Below are positions 10,708 to 20,649 of a stretch of 64,000 nt of DNA, in pieces (positions within the stretch are counted from its first letter, which is position 1; every line of letters starts with the position of its first letter). Both the position numbers and the translations under genes were made by a program. This DNA is from an uncultured bacterium. Its GTDB lineage: Bacteria > Fidelibacterota > UBA2242. The notes beneath the pieces are model-generated. The model was not told the origin of the DNA. It saw nothing but the letters and a program-made list of their open reading frames with translations, and searched no databases. The stretch covers positions 11,549 through 75,548 of the forward strand of contig CAYTUQ010000010.1 of NCBI GenBank assembly GCA_964441235.1, read 5' to 3'.

Positions 10708-11274
10708 ATGAAAATACTTCGACACATTGGCTCGCTGGCTTTCGTGCTCGGGCTCTTCACTGCGTTATTCGTCGGCATACCCTGGTACGTGATCATTGCC
10801 GAGGATCCGGTCATGCCCTGGTGGCTCAAGACTGCAGTTTTTTGCCTTTTGGGTGGTATCCTCGTGGTTCTGCTAACAGTGGCTCTCGAACAATGGAAAA
10901 AAAGGAAACCAAAAGAGAAGCTTCCCCTAACTGAGTCTGCCCACCGGATTTTGCTGATGAATTCCACAGAAATACCTGACCAGGAGATCACGGAGATTCT
11001 TGGTCTAGTCCAGGGTCATACTGTATTTGCTATCTGGCTTGGAAAAGATCTATCCGCCTTAGTCAGATTGATCCTCGGAGGCGAACTGATTGAATATACG
11101 GAGATGATGAGAAGAGCTCGGACAGTAGCTGCTAACAGGATGATCGGCCAGGCTGCAGAGATGGGCGCGGACGCAATAATCAATGTTCGCTATATGACTA
11201 CCAGTGTTGTTGCGAGTGCGGCTGAACTTCTGGCTTACGGCACAGCTGTCAAACTCAGTCACATTGCTGCCTGA
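10708..11274 (+). CDS. YbjQ/UPF0145 (DUF74) domain protein with an N-terminal 2-TM segment
   Basis: C-terminal GADAIINVRYMTTS matches the YbjQ family. Strong RBS aaggagg. The gene is visibly GC-richer than its flanks. Confidence 0.7.
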   Translation: MKILRHIGSLAFVLGLFTALFVGIPWYVIIAEDPVMPWWLKTAVFCLLGGILVVLLTVALEQWKKRKPKEKLPLTESAHRILLMNSTEIPDQEITEILGLVQGHTVFAIWLGKDLSALVRLILGGELIEYTEMMRRARTVAANRMIGQAAEMGADAIINVRYMTTSVVASAAELLAYGTAVKLSHIAA

Positions 11275-11457
11275 AACCATTCAATACATCAGCTTACCAT
11301 CAAAGGCGGTGTAAAAGAAAATGGAAGCGCTGCCCTGAAAGAGACGATGATTTAAAATTCGATTGATCTGCTTACACGACTGAAACCGGGTTTATTTTTA
11401 ATAGATATTTTTATCTTGCCTCTTTCCGGTATTCTGTAATTAACCTCGTATATCTAT

Positions 11458-11856
11458 TTACTTTGAGATGCAATCACCAATTATTTCCCACATTTTTAAT
11501 GCATCTTTTGACGAATTATGTGTCCGAATGATCGGTTTTCTTAATATTTTATGAGCAAGAAGGTACATTACGCTTCCGATATACTGTCTTATAAAGTCAT
11601 CTTCAACTTTGACATTATCTGGTGTCCAATAATTTAATTCTTCTTCAAAATGAAAATCAGAATGTGCGATACAGTTTTCATTGTCATAAACAACTATTGC
11701 TAATCTTGAATCCGGAAATCTTGACAATGGATATTTATCAACACGGAAATAGAAACTATATGGTTGTTGCTTCAATTTATTCAGTTTTCCATTATCCAAC
11801 GAGGAATATTCAATATCTTTAATGCTCATTCTTGTAAACCCGCGCAAATCTATCAT
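11458..11856 (-). CDS. Hypothetical 132-aa protein immediately downstream of the retron-type RT (candidate effector)
   Basis: Co-oriented about 100 nt after the RT stop. I recognise no family for it. Confidence 0.5.
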   Translation of the reverse strand: MIDLRGFTRMSIKDIEYSSLDNGKLNKLKQQPYSFYFRVDKYPLSRFPDSRLAIVVYDNENCIAHSDFHFEEELNYWTPDNVKVEDDFIRQYIGSVMYLLAHKILRKPIIRTHNSSKDALKMWEIIGDCISK

Positions 11857-11957
11857 TTACTAATCCTTTCTTGACTAAATAAATGAGAATTTTATAAGTT
11901 GTTGATTCAACTACATCTATATTTTTCTTTAAAACAAATTCATAAGAAAAGCCTCTC

Positions 11958-12779
11958 TTAGGCATTTGTTACACTTTGAATATATCGGGATAAACCTTCC
12001 TTGCTTTTCTGAGAAATGGAATTATCAACTAATTTTTTTCTTTGATCCTTTCTAACATCAAGACAGTTATTTTTCACCTTAATTCCTGTAACTAATGTTG
12101 GACCAACTTTATAAAAGGTCTTTTTATGGCTTATATTATATCCATTATCGCAAATAATTTGAATTATATTTGGTGTTTTGTCTTTAAAATCCGTTTGACT
12201 TGAAAAAGAGAGATCATCAACGAACCGAGTATATACAATTTTTTTTTCTTTACAGAACTCTAACAATACTTTATCAATAGGCAAAAAAACTAAATTAGCT
12301 AGATGTGGGCTTGTCGGAGTCCCTTGTGGTAAACATCCTTTATAAGTTGTCAATAATGTTAATAAATGGCTTACATCTGCAGAAAACGAATTATTAATAA
12401 ACATATTGTAAACATACATATGGTTTACTGAGGGGAAAAAACCCTGTAAATCTGTACAGAAAAAATATTTCTTCCCTTGATGCTTTTTTGCATTTGTAAT
12501 ATTACTCTTTTTTGTAACACCTCCGTGAATATGAGATAGTAATGGTATTTTAGATAAAATTTTATCCTTAATTTTGACTTGAATTTCTTTTAATAAATCT
12601 TTACTTGGATACAATATTCTATTAACAGGTTCACCATTTTTCATTTTAGGCGTCTTATCATCATTAGTTTTTGGTTCTATTTTCTTATAATAATATCTAT
12701 CAATGTTTTCAATAACATGTTTAATAACATCGAGATCAAAATCTAATGTATAAGCAAGATGTTTTGGTTTTTGGATCAT
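11958..12779 (-). CDS. Retron-type reverse transcriptase
   Basis: YYYKKIEPK...NRILYPS (the retron Y..F.IpKk motif), NAKKH (retron-specific NAxxH), FFCTDLQGFFPSV (RT motif 1/2), LPQGTPTSPHLANLVF (motif 4), TRFVDDLSFS (the Y/F-A/V-DD catalytic box) and VTGIKV (the retron VTG motif). Its size, 273 aa, fits the retron range. Confidence 0.85.
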   Translation of the reverse strand: MIQKPKHLAYTLDFDLDVIKHVIENIDRYYYKKIEPKTNDDKTPKMKNGEPVNRILYPSKDLLKEIQVKIKDKILSKIPLLSHIHGGVTKKSNITNAKKHQGKKYFFCTDLQGFFPSVNHMYVYNMFINNSFSADVSHLLTLLTTYKGCLPQGTPTSPHLANLVFLPIDKVLLEFCKEKKIVYTRFVDDLSFSSQTDFKDKTPNIIQIICDNGYNISHKKTFYKVGPTLVTGIKVKNNCLDVRKDQRKKLVDNSISQKSKEGLSRYIQSVTNA

Positions 12780-13069
12780 TATTTTAAAAAAATGTTGTTT
12801 ATTAATTCATTGATAGTTGGAGATACTATTCTGAAAACATCTTTTTTTGAATTTTCCACGTCATTTTCGGTTAATGATTGGAAATATATTACTGGTACTG
12901 GTACTCCAAGAATGGCACTAATTTTTTCTATGAGGTTAATATTTGGATTTCTTTTGCCATGTTCAATTAATGACAAATATGTTTGTGTGATTTCACATCT
13001 TTCTGATAAATCTTTTTGTTTAAAACCTTTTGATTTTCTAATGGTTTTAATTGCCTGTCCTATTTCCAT
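12779..13069 (-). CDS. XRE-family helix-turn-helix protein, coupled to the RT by an ATGA overlap
   Basis: FKQKDLSERCEITQTYLSLIEHGKRNP is a canonical Cro/C1 HTH. Its stop overlaps the RT start. Confidence 0.8.
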   Translation of the reverse strand: MEIGQAIKTIRKSKGFKQKDLSERCEITQTYLSLIEHGKRNPNINLIEKISAILGVPVPVIYFQSLTENDVENSKKDVFRIVSPTINELINNIFLK

Positions 13070-13141
13070 GAGTATTCCACCAATTTATTTTATATATAAT
13101 TAAAAAGAGAAAAAGGGTTCAATTTCCTTACTACAACTCAC

Positions 13142-13357
13142 TCAATTACTCAAAAAATACTTAATCAGATTTCCTATTACTTCAACTACCATATTTTCAG
13201 TCAAAAATTTCCGTTTCATGTTTCTCTGAATTTTTCCTAATAATCTGATAACATCTTCAAATAATTGAATGTCGGAATTTGAAAGTGAATCACGTTTTTT
13301 GGCTAAAAGTTGAATTAGTTTCTCTTCAACTTCATTTAGAGAATCTTTTGAGTTCAT
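13142..13357 (-). CDS. Small 71-aa helical protein, first gene of the RT operon
   Basis: aaggag RBS 7 nt upstream of its ATG. Co-oriented with the HTH and RT. Confidence 0.4.
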   Translation of the reverse strand: MNSKDSLNEVEEKLIQLLAKKRDSLSNSDIQLFEDVIRLLGKIQRNMKRKFLTENMVVEVIGNLIKYFLSN

Positions 13358-13914
13358 TTTGAACTCCTTTCTTTTAGTCCAGCATAATTGCTGGTAGTCG
13401 TCAACAGCAATAACATTTATGTCCGCCGTGATTCACTATAACCCTTTAAATCTTTCGAAACGTAGTCGTTTTGATATTTATTCCAGTTAAATATCGAATT
13501 CAGAATGAACAATATAGTTTCCCAATAATCAACCTCTGATAGCCATATAAGTTGTCAAAGTATTAGAAAACTGAATATACGGTATCGAAAACACTGTGCA
13601 CCAGACGAGGAATGTGGCTAAGCCACTACCCATTTAGGGGTTTCAATCTTTCATAATGTTATCGCTGGGATTCTCTAAATCAGCCTTTCAAAGAACACCT
13701 ATAATATAAAATATATTAACTGATATGTCAAGATATATTTGATTCTATTAACTATTTGTTAATATATTTCAATTCCAATGCTCTAGCAAAAGCCCACAGC
13801 ACCAGCCGGACATAGAATATCACACTGCCTATACAGTCTCACCGTGTTCAAGGAATACTTCGTAATACCGCAATCCGATTGACATCAAGAAAATAGCCAG
13901 ACCCAGGAAAAACA

Positions 13915-14025
13915 GTGAAAAACCAACTCTACTACGGCGACAACCTTGATATCCTCCGGACATTCCCGGATGATTACGTGGATCTGATCTATCTTCCGGT
14001 TATTAATAGTAAAGGCGTGGGGTAA
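13915..14025 (+). pseudogene. Remnant of a DNA methyltransferase N-terminus
   Basis: Translates to VKNQLYYGDNLDILRTFPDDYVDLIYLP, the conserved MTase N-terminal block (LYxGDxLxxL...VDLIYxDPPY). The DPPF motif is disrupted and nothing downstream continues it. Confidence 0.5.
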
Positions 14026-14340
14026 TAAAAAGGCTGGTCTCTTTTTATATTTTCGATTTTACCTTGTTAAAAAAACCGGTCAGGATTTTGTCCATTTATA
14101 CTCGACACTTTTTAATAAAAATCATTTTTGTCGACTATACAAGGACAATAATTGTATTTCCGCTCACCAAATATAGTACACACAAACAAAAAATTTGAAA
14201 TCAACACTCCATTACTCCATTACTCCAACAATCCAATTCTCCATTACCCTACCACTCCATTTTCTTTTTCTTGTCTTTCCCCAAAATCCGTATTATATTA
14301 CCGACCGACCAGTCAGTCACAATTGAAAAGGGAAATAAAA

Positions 14341-14976
14341 TTGACGCCACTACCCAAAGATAAAGAAAAACGCAAGCGCATTATTGCTGCCGCTATAAAA
14401 GTCTTTGCACTCGACGGGTTAAGCAATGGTAAAATAGCCACTATTGCCCAAAAGGCAGGCATCGGCAAGGGTACAGTCTATGAATATTTCAGCAGTAAGG
14501 AAGATATATTTGAAGCAGTGTTCAAGGATTTTTTCGATCAAATGATAATAGACTATTCTCAACTGCTTGAAGTGCCTATGGATCCAGTCCAGAAAATGGA
14601 AGCTATGTTCGATTACACTTACGATTACCTTGATCAACTTATGGAAGAGAAGCACGGCGAGGAATTGCTGATTTTCCTGGAAATATTCCTGCAGGGCTTC
14701 CGGGATGAATTCAGAGGCGCCGGCAAATTATCTTTCAGCACCGTATTACGTGAAGTATATGATATCTTCAAACCCTTTGTAGATGAAGGCATTAATGCCG
14801 GTGTCTTTAAGCCCCTCGATTCGGAACATGTGACATTTATCCTTTTCGCTGCCCTAGACGGAATCGGTTTGCACTATTTCATTAATCGCAATCATTATAA
14901 TAAAGAAAAATTTAAAACGATCACCAAAGATATTTTTCTGAACGGTTTACTCAAATCCCAAACCGAAGGAGCATAA
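14341..14976 (+). CDS. TetR/AcrR family transcriptional regulator
   Basis: RIIAAAIKVFALDGLSNGKIATIAQKAGIGKGTVYEYF is a TetR HTH. A TTG start at 14341 is likely. The listed 14152 start adds a low-complexity N-terminus that runs through repeat DNA. Confidence 0.7.
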   Translation: MTPLPKDKEKRKRIIAAAIKVFALDGLSNGKIATIAQKAGIGKGTVYEYFSSKEDIFEAVFKDFFDQMIIDYSQLLEVPMDPVQKMEAMFDYTYDYLDQLMEEKHGEELLIFLEIFLQGFRDEFRGAGKLSFSTVLREVYDIFKPFVDEGINAGVFKPLDSEHVTFILFAALDGIGLHYFINRNHYNKEKFKTITKDIFLNGLLKSQTEGA

Positions 14977-14977
14977 C

Positions 14978-15727
14978 ATGAAACGCCTGTTACTATTCTG
15001 CCTGATTATCATCACATCCCTGACCGCCGGCGATCCCGACGTGTCGGGACCGGAGATTCTAAATAAAATCATCAATCTTATGAATCCCGAAAACGCCCGG
15101 GGAGTCATGGAACAGACTATTGTAACCACTTCCGGCGATAAGAGGACTTTCAAATACGAAACTTACATGGGCAATCGCGGTGAGTCGTCACTCATGCGCT
15201 ATCTGGAACCTTCCCGGGTCAAGGGCAATGCGCTGCTCATGATCGATTTTTCCGACAATATCTGGATGTATAACCGCCGCACCGGTCGTGTGCGTAAACT
15301 GGCGTCACATGCCAAAAAGCAGAAGTTCGAGGGTTCCGATTTCACTTATGAAGACATGGGTTCCGGGGACAGCTGGAAAACGGATTTTAAACCCATATTA
15401 AAAGGCACTCAAAAGATAAACAAAGTACGTTGCTTTAAGCTGGAACTTCAGACGAAATCCGAGGATGTTTCTTATAGTAAAATGATCTGTTGGGTACGTG
15501 TCGGCGATTTTTTCCCGATTCAGATCGATTACTACGATGAGAAAAATGTGTTCACAAAAACCCTGTTTCTTCAAGATATTCGTACAATTGAAGGTATATT
15601 AACTCCCATGAAAATGGTTATGAGAAATAATCTCGACCGCACTGAAACCGTCATGAAATACGTCAATATCACTTATGATGTTGAGTTTGATAAAGGCTTC
15701 TTCAGCGAACGAAATTTAAAAAAATAG
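14978..15727 (+). CDS. LolA-like outer-membrane lipoprotein-sorting family protein
   Basis: Signal peptide, and the typical position between TetR and the MMPL transporter. Confidence 0.5.
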   Translation: MKRLLLFCLIIITSLTAGDPDVSGPEILNKIINLMNPENARGVMEQTIVTTSGDKRTFKYETYMGNRGESSLMRYLEPSRVKGNALLMIDFSDNIWMYNRRTGRVRKLASHAKKQKFEGSDFTYEDMGSGDSWKTDFKPILKGTQKINKVRCFKLELQTKSEDVSYSKMICWVRVGDFFPIQIDYYDEKNVFTKTLFLQDIRTIEGILTPMKMVMRNNLDRTETVMKYVNITYDVEFDKGFFSERNLKK

Positions 15728-15744
15728 ACCGAAATGAGATTCTT

Positions 15745-16908
15745 ATGAAACGACTACTTTTTTTGCTAATCATCAGCGCTTCACTTCTTGCCGGACCGGA
15801 CTGGTTTGGGTATTACGAGGGTGAATATGATTTCGGAAAATTACAGGACAAATCAATGTATTTCGGGTATAACAAGTTGCGCCTTGACATGGATACCAGC
15901 CCATCTGAAAATATCAGGATCAGCGCGGACCTGATTTACAAGGAGTATAACGGCCAGACAAATCTGAATTTTCTGGATTTTCTCGACCCCGGTTTTCGAC
16001 CGGTTGTTCCAAATTCTGATATGTCTGGTTGGGACACATTATCCTATATTCCTTACGCCCTCTCGGATTCCCTGTTTATCGACAACATGTTCCTGGAATT
16101 CCATCACAAACTTTTCGATCTGACACTCGGTAAACAGCAGATTTCCCCCGGCGTGGGTTACGCCTGGAATCCGACTGACATTTTCAATATCAAGGATATC
16201 ATGGACCCCACCTATGAAAATACCGGGATTTCTGCTATTAAACTCGGCATACCGCTGGCTGAACGCATTATTTTAACCGGAATTTTACAACCCAAACAAT
16301 CGTGGGATGAGACGGTACAGTATTACCAGATAAAAACCGGGTTTGGGCGCTACGATCTATCGGTCTTATATAGTCGCAGTCAGTATCGTCAGAGCGGTCT
16401 GTTTACAACAACAATCCAGTCACACAATCTATATGGGTTCAACCTTGAAGGTGAATTGTTCGGACTTGGCATTCGCAGCGAAGTAGCCGCTCACCGGTTG
16501 GATTATAACAGCGATAATTTACAATACGAATACATTATCGGCGGTGATTATACGTTTGCCAATTCCCTGTTCCTCCTGACTGAATTCTACCACAGTGACC
16601 TGGGAGCAAAAACCGATCAGACCGTCTTCGATGATTATATGGTCTATTTTGCCGGCGAGCGCAAAAGCCTGAATCAAAATTATCTCTTTGCACTGGCAAT
16701 GTATCCGCTGGGCGACTTGCTGGATATCAGCGCCTTCGGAATTATCAACCTGAATGATAAAAGCGCCGTCATCGCGCCGCAACTGATGTACAGGATTTTC
16801 CAAGATGTGGAATTAGCTTTTATGGGTAGTCTGTTCATCGGTGAAGATCCAGACGAGTTCGGCTTTCAGGAATATGGCGCACGTGTGCGCTTAAGAGCCT
16901 ATTTTTAA
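15745..16908 (+). CDS. Predicted outer-membrane beta-barrel (DUF1302-like)
   Basis: Signal peptide, alternating beta-strand pattern, C-terminal aromatic (AYF) OMP signature. Confidence 0.5.
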   Translation: MKRLLFLLIISASLLAGPDWFGYYEGEYDFGKLQDKSMYFGYNKLRLDMDTSPSENIRISADLIYKEYNGQTNLNFLDFLDPGFRPVVPNSDMSGWDTLSYIPYALSDSLFIDNMFLEFHHKLFDLTLGKQQISPGVGYAWNPTDIFNIKDIMDPTYENTGISAIKLGIPLAERIILTGILQPKQSWDETVQYYQIKTGFGRYDLSVLYSRSQYRQSGLFTTTIQSHNLYGFNLEGELFGLGIRSEVAAHRLDYNSDNLQYEYIIGGDYTFANSLFLLTEFYHSDLGAKTDQTVFDDYMVYFAGERKSLNQNYLFALAMYPLGDLLDISAFGIINLNDKSAVIAPQLMYRIFQDVELAFMGSLFIGEDPDEFGFQEYGARVRLRAYF

Positions 16909-16974
16909 TAATCCGATCTTATTTTAATCTGCTGTAATGGATGAAAGCTGTTAATATTAAAAAGAGGTAAGATA

Positions 16975-19900
16975 ATGAGAGAAAAATTTTTAGATACAAT
17001 TGCTCGCTGGGCAGGTGAAAAAACCTGGTGGATGTTTTTGGGGATAATAATAATTACTATAATTATGGGCGCTTTGGCAGGACAATTAGAAGTGAATATG
17101 AATCTCACTATGCTACTTCCTGAAAACGACCCAATGGTAAATGAATTCAATAAAATCTTTAAAGAATTTAATGGCGCCAATACAGTTTTTGTTGTTGTCG
17201 AAGGAGAACAACAGAATATGAAAAAATTCGCCGAGTATATTACTCCCAAAATATTAAACCTTGAAAATTGGATAGAACAAAATGCTTCTTCCAAAGTAAA
17301 GAAACAACACAACATACTTATTACAAAAGCTGATGAGGGAAAAACCGAATATGCCGGGAATTATTTTGATAGAGTGGATTATAAAATGCCAACTGAATTC
17401 ATGAGAGATCATGGCCTTATGCTGGTAAAAAGTTCTGATCTAAAAAATACCAGTGAAGTATTTACAAATCCCAATATTGTAAAATTATTACAAAATATAA
17501 ATAACAGTCTGGAAAAGGAATATATCCAATCAGAAGAGAAAATCTCCACTACACAGAAAGAACGTTCCGCAGTACAATTTCTTGATGGAATTGAGAGCTG
17601 GTTGGATAATACTGCAAAAGGACTCTATGATTCAGAATATAAAAAACAATCTGCTACTAAAGCAGCAAATGCAATAGGCGTAGGAAATCCCTATTTTATA
17701 TCACCCGATCGCTCAATGCTGCTTATAATGGCTGAACCTACCTTTTCTATCATGGATATGAATTGTGTAATGCCAGGCATCAATGGATTGGAAGAAATGG
17801 TGAAAACTGAATCTACACAATTTAATGTAAAAGCCGGTTTAGCCGGAGGGGTAGTACTTGGCAGAGATGAAATGGTAGCCGGCACAGAGGATTCTTATCT
17901 TTTAACTATATTGGCTTTAATCGCAATATTTATCCTTTTCATATTCACTTTCAGGATGTTCAGCGCCCCTTTGCTTGCGATGTTTAATTTATTAATCGGA
18001 ATAGTGTGGGTTATGGGTGTGGCTTATCTATTAGTACAGAGATTAAATTTATTTACGTTAATGGTTTCTGTGATTCTTGTTGGTCTCGGAATAGATTTTT
18101 CCATTCATATCATTTCACTTTTTTCAGAATACGTAAACAAAGGTGTAGAACCTAAAAAGGCTATCCGCATTACTTTACAAAAAGCGGGAACTGGTATTAT
18201 TACCGGTGGAATAACTACTTCTGCCGCTTTCTTAACACTTTGCATTGGACGTAGTGAAGGTATTAGTGAATTTGGGCTTGTAAATGGAGTCGGCTTATTA
18301 TGTATTATGATTGCTACGATAATCACTCTGCCGACTTTTTTAATGTTACGTGAAAAATACAGAAACTGGCGGGGGAAAAGTATTAAAAAATACCATGATG
18401 TAACCTATGCAGCAATTGGTAATATTGGGCAGAAACAATATAATAAGTGGAAAGTTTCTTTGGTTTCTCTGATCCTTGTCACTCTCATATTGGGTTATTT
18501 TATCACAAAAGTCACTTTTGACTATAATTATCTAAATATGGAGCCGGCTGGATTAGAATCTATTAAACTTAATGATAAAATTATCGACAAATACAACATG
18601 TCTTCGGATGCAACCTGCATTACAGCTAATTCCCTGCAGGAAAACTATAAATTTGCAGAGGAAGCCAAAGAAAAATCCAGTATCAGTTATATTGAATCCA
18701 TTACTGACTATTTACCACCGCAGGACAAGCAAAAATCACGTAAGCAAAAGATAGCAAATATTCACAAGCAGATGGAAAATCAAACAATTGCACAGAAAAT
18801 TACAGAGGTGGATTGGCAAAAATTCATTGATGAAATGATTCGCCTGGAAGATAATGTCATTGAAATGCAGGATATGGCTTTCATAGGCGGGCAGGATATG
18901 GTGGATACAAAAGCAGCCCGCTTAGTCGGGAATGCTAATATTTCTAGAGCAGTAGTTGATCTGGAAGACCTTTTATTTAATCCGGCGGATTTAGAAATTA
19001 ACAATAAAATCAAAAATATTTGCAAGATGCTGAACTTCGTCAAATCCAAAAAGGAAAATCCAAGAATAAAGAATGAACTTTCTGAACTTATAAATAAACT
19101 ATCCGCTTTTTCTAAAAATTCAGTTTCATTATCTAAGGATGAAAAAATAGAAAAACTTAACAAATATTATGGTAAATTAACGCAAATTACTGAATATCCG
19201 GAATTTAAGGGCAGGATATCAGAATTTATAACCCAATTGACTAATAACTCCGATAAATTGGAGCGGCTATCAAAATTTAATCATGATTTTGCTCTAGAAT
19301 ATAAAAATTTAATCCTGAATATGGCTGATACATCGAACATAACTTTATCAATGCTGCCGGATCTCATCAGAGATAAATACATTAGTAAAAGCGGGGAAGT
19401 TTTTCTTTTATCAGTTTATCCCAAAGGGAATATATGGAATCTGAAGTACCTGGATCTTTTTTCCAATGAAATGTTCGAAATCTCCCATAGAATTATCGGA
19501 ACTGCCCCTATGTTTTATTATCTGATAAAAATTATTGGCAGAGATGGGAGAAATGCTGCCTTTTTGACTCTATTTGTGGTCTTCATTTTCTTGTTAATTG
19601 ATTTTAAATCTTTTAAAAGTGCTTTTCTTGCTATGATTCCCCTATTAACCGGAATGATCTGGATGTTGGGATTAATGGGAATATTTCATGTACAACTCAC
19701 TCTTGTAAATATTATGGCTTTACCATTAATTCTGGGAATTGGGGTTGATGATGGAGTACATATCCTGCATCGTTACAGGATTGAAGGAACAGGTGCAATT
19801 AAAACTGTTTTCGCTTCAACGGGAAAAGCAATTATCATAACATCTCTGACAACAATGTTATCTTTCGGCTCTTTAGTTTTTGCCACTTACAGAGGTTACG

Positions 19901-20007
19901 GTAGTTTGGGAATTGCTCTATTTATCGGAGTTGGCGCTTGTCTGTTGACATCTCTTCTGATATTACCGACAATTCTTGGTATGGTTGATAGGAAAAAGAA
20001 GAAATAA
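16975..20007 (+). CDS. MMPL/RND-superfamily transporter (HpnN-like, two SSD-type TM bundles)
   Basis: Two repeats of 6 TM helices after large periplasmic domains. GLGIDFSIHI and GIGVDDGVHILHRY motifs. Confidence 0.85.
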   Translation: MREKFLDTIARWAGEKTWWMFLGIIIITIIMGALAGQLEVNMNLTMLLPENDPMVNEFNKIFKEFNGANTVFVVVEGEQQNMKKFAEYITPKILNLENWIEQNASSKVKKQHNILITKADEGKTEYAGNYFDRVDYKMPTEFMRDHGLMLVKSSDLKNTSEVFTNPNIVKLLQNINNSLEKEYIQSEEKISTTQKERSAVQFLDGIESWLDNTAKGLYDSEYKKQSATKAANAIGVGNPYFISPDRSMLLIMAEPTFSIMDMNCVMPGINGLEEMVKTESTQFNVKAGLAGGVVLGRDEMVAGTEDSYLLTILALIAIFILFIFTFRMFSAPLLAMFNLLIGIVWVMGVAYLLVQRLNLFTLMVSVILVGLGIDFSIHIISLFSEYVNKGVEPKKAIRITLQKAGTGIITGGITTSAAFLTLCIGRSEGISEFGLVNGVGLLCIMIATIITLPTFLMLREKYRNWRGKSIKKYHDVTYAAIGNIGQKQYNKWKVSLVSLILVTLILGYFITKVTFDYNYLNMEPAGLESIKLNDKIIDKYNMSSDATCITANSLQENYKFAEEAKEKSSISYIESITDYLPPQDKQKSRKQKIANIHKQMENQTIAQKITEVDWQKFIDEMIRLEDNVIEMQDMAFIGGQDMVDTKAARLVGNANISRAVVDLEDLLFNPADLEINNKIKNICKMLNFVKSKKENPRIKNELSELINKLSAFSKNSVSLSKDEKIEKLNKYYGKLTQITEYPEFKGRISEFITQLTNNSDKLERLSKFNHDFALEYKNLILNMADTSNITLSMLPDLIRDKYISKSGEVFLLSVYPKGNIWNLKYLDLFSNEMFEISHRIIGTAPMFYYLIKIIGRDGRNAAFLTLFVVFIFLLIDFKSFKSAFLAMIPLLTGMIWMLGLMGIFHVQLTLVNIMALPLILGIGVDDGVHILHRYRIEGTGAIKTVFASTGKAIIITSLTTMLSFGSLVFATYRGYGSLGIALFIGVGACLLTSLLILPTILGMVDRKKKK

Positions 20008-20016
20008 TTACCAGAG

Positions 20017-20343
20017 GTGAATATCATTGGCAAACAGCAGGATGTTGTTAATGTAATGGCTTTACCATTAATTCAAAGGATTGGTATTGATGACGGTGTC
20101 CATATCATCCATCGCTGGCGCAGAGAGGGACGCGGCTCCGTAAAGACTGTCTTTGCAAGCACCGGAAAAGCTATCCTTCTTACTTCTCTAACAACAATGC
20201 TGGCGTTTTGATCGCTTTTATTTTCTTTATGGAGAGGATATGGAAGCCTGGGAACTGCACTCTTAATCGGTGTTGGCGCCTGCTTCATCACCACCGTATT
20301 TATTCTTCCCGGGATTATCGGGTGGATTGAGAGAAATTTCTAA
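20017..20343 (+). pseudogene. Decayed, GC-richer duplicate of the MMPL transporter 3' end
   Basis: VNVMALPLIQRIGIDDGVHIIHRWR...KTVFASTGKAILLTSLTTMLAF then, after a frameshift, ...GYGSLGTALLIGVGAC...ILPGIIGWIERNF. It parallels the last ~110 aa of the intact gene ending at 20007. Confidence 0.7.
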
Positions 20344-20649
20344 TTTCTAATTTCAAATATCAGATTTCAAATTGAAAAATGCTTGACATGCTCGAATGTA
20401 TTTAATAAAATTAGTCGTAAATACAGAGTGATTTTAATGTGATTTTTCTTAGGATGCTATATGGAATTTATCCACTCAGTAAAGAACTCGCGTCTAAAGA
20501 AGATGATAAAACAAGATTTGTGATAATAGAAATATAATTCGTTGATTGATCAGGAAAAAGAAAATAGACTTACCATTATCGTAGAGAATCGAAAAGGTAA
20601 ACATTTGTTAAAAGGGTTGAATCAGATTTCTTATATATTGATACTATAA

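Noticed and set aside
14152-14340. Long N-terminal extension of the TetR ORF from 14152
   Set aside because: It runs through the ctccattactccattactcc repeat and has no HTH-family similarity. A TTG at 14341 gives a normal-length TetR.
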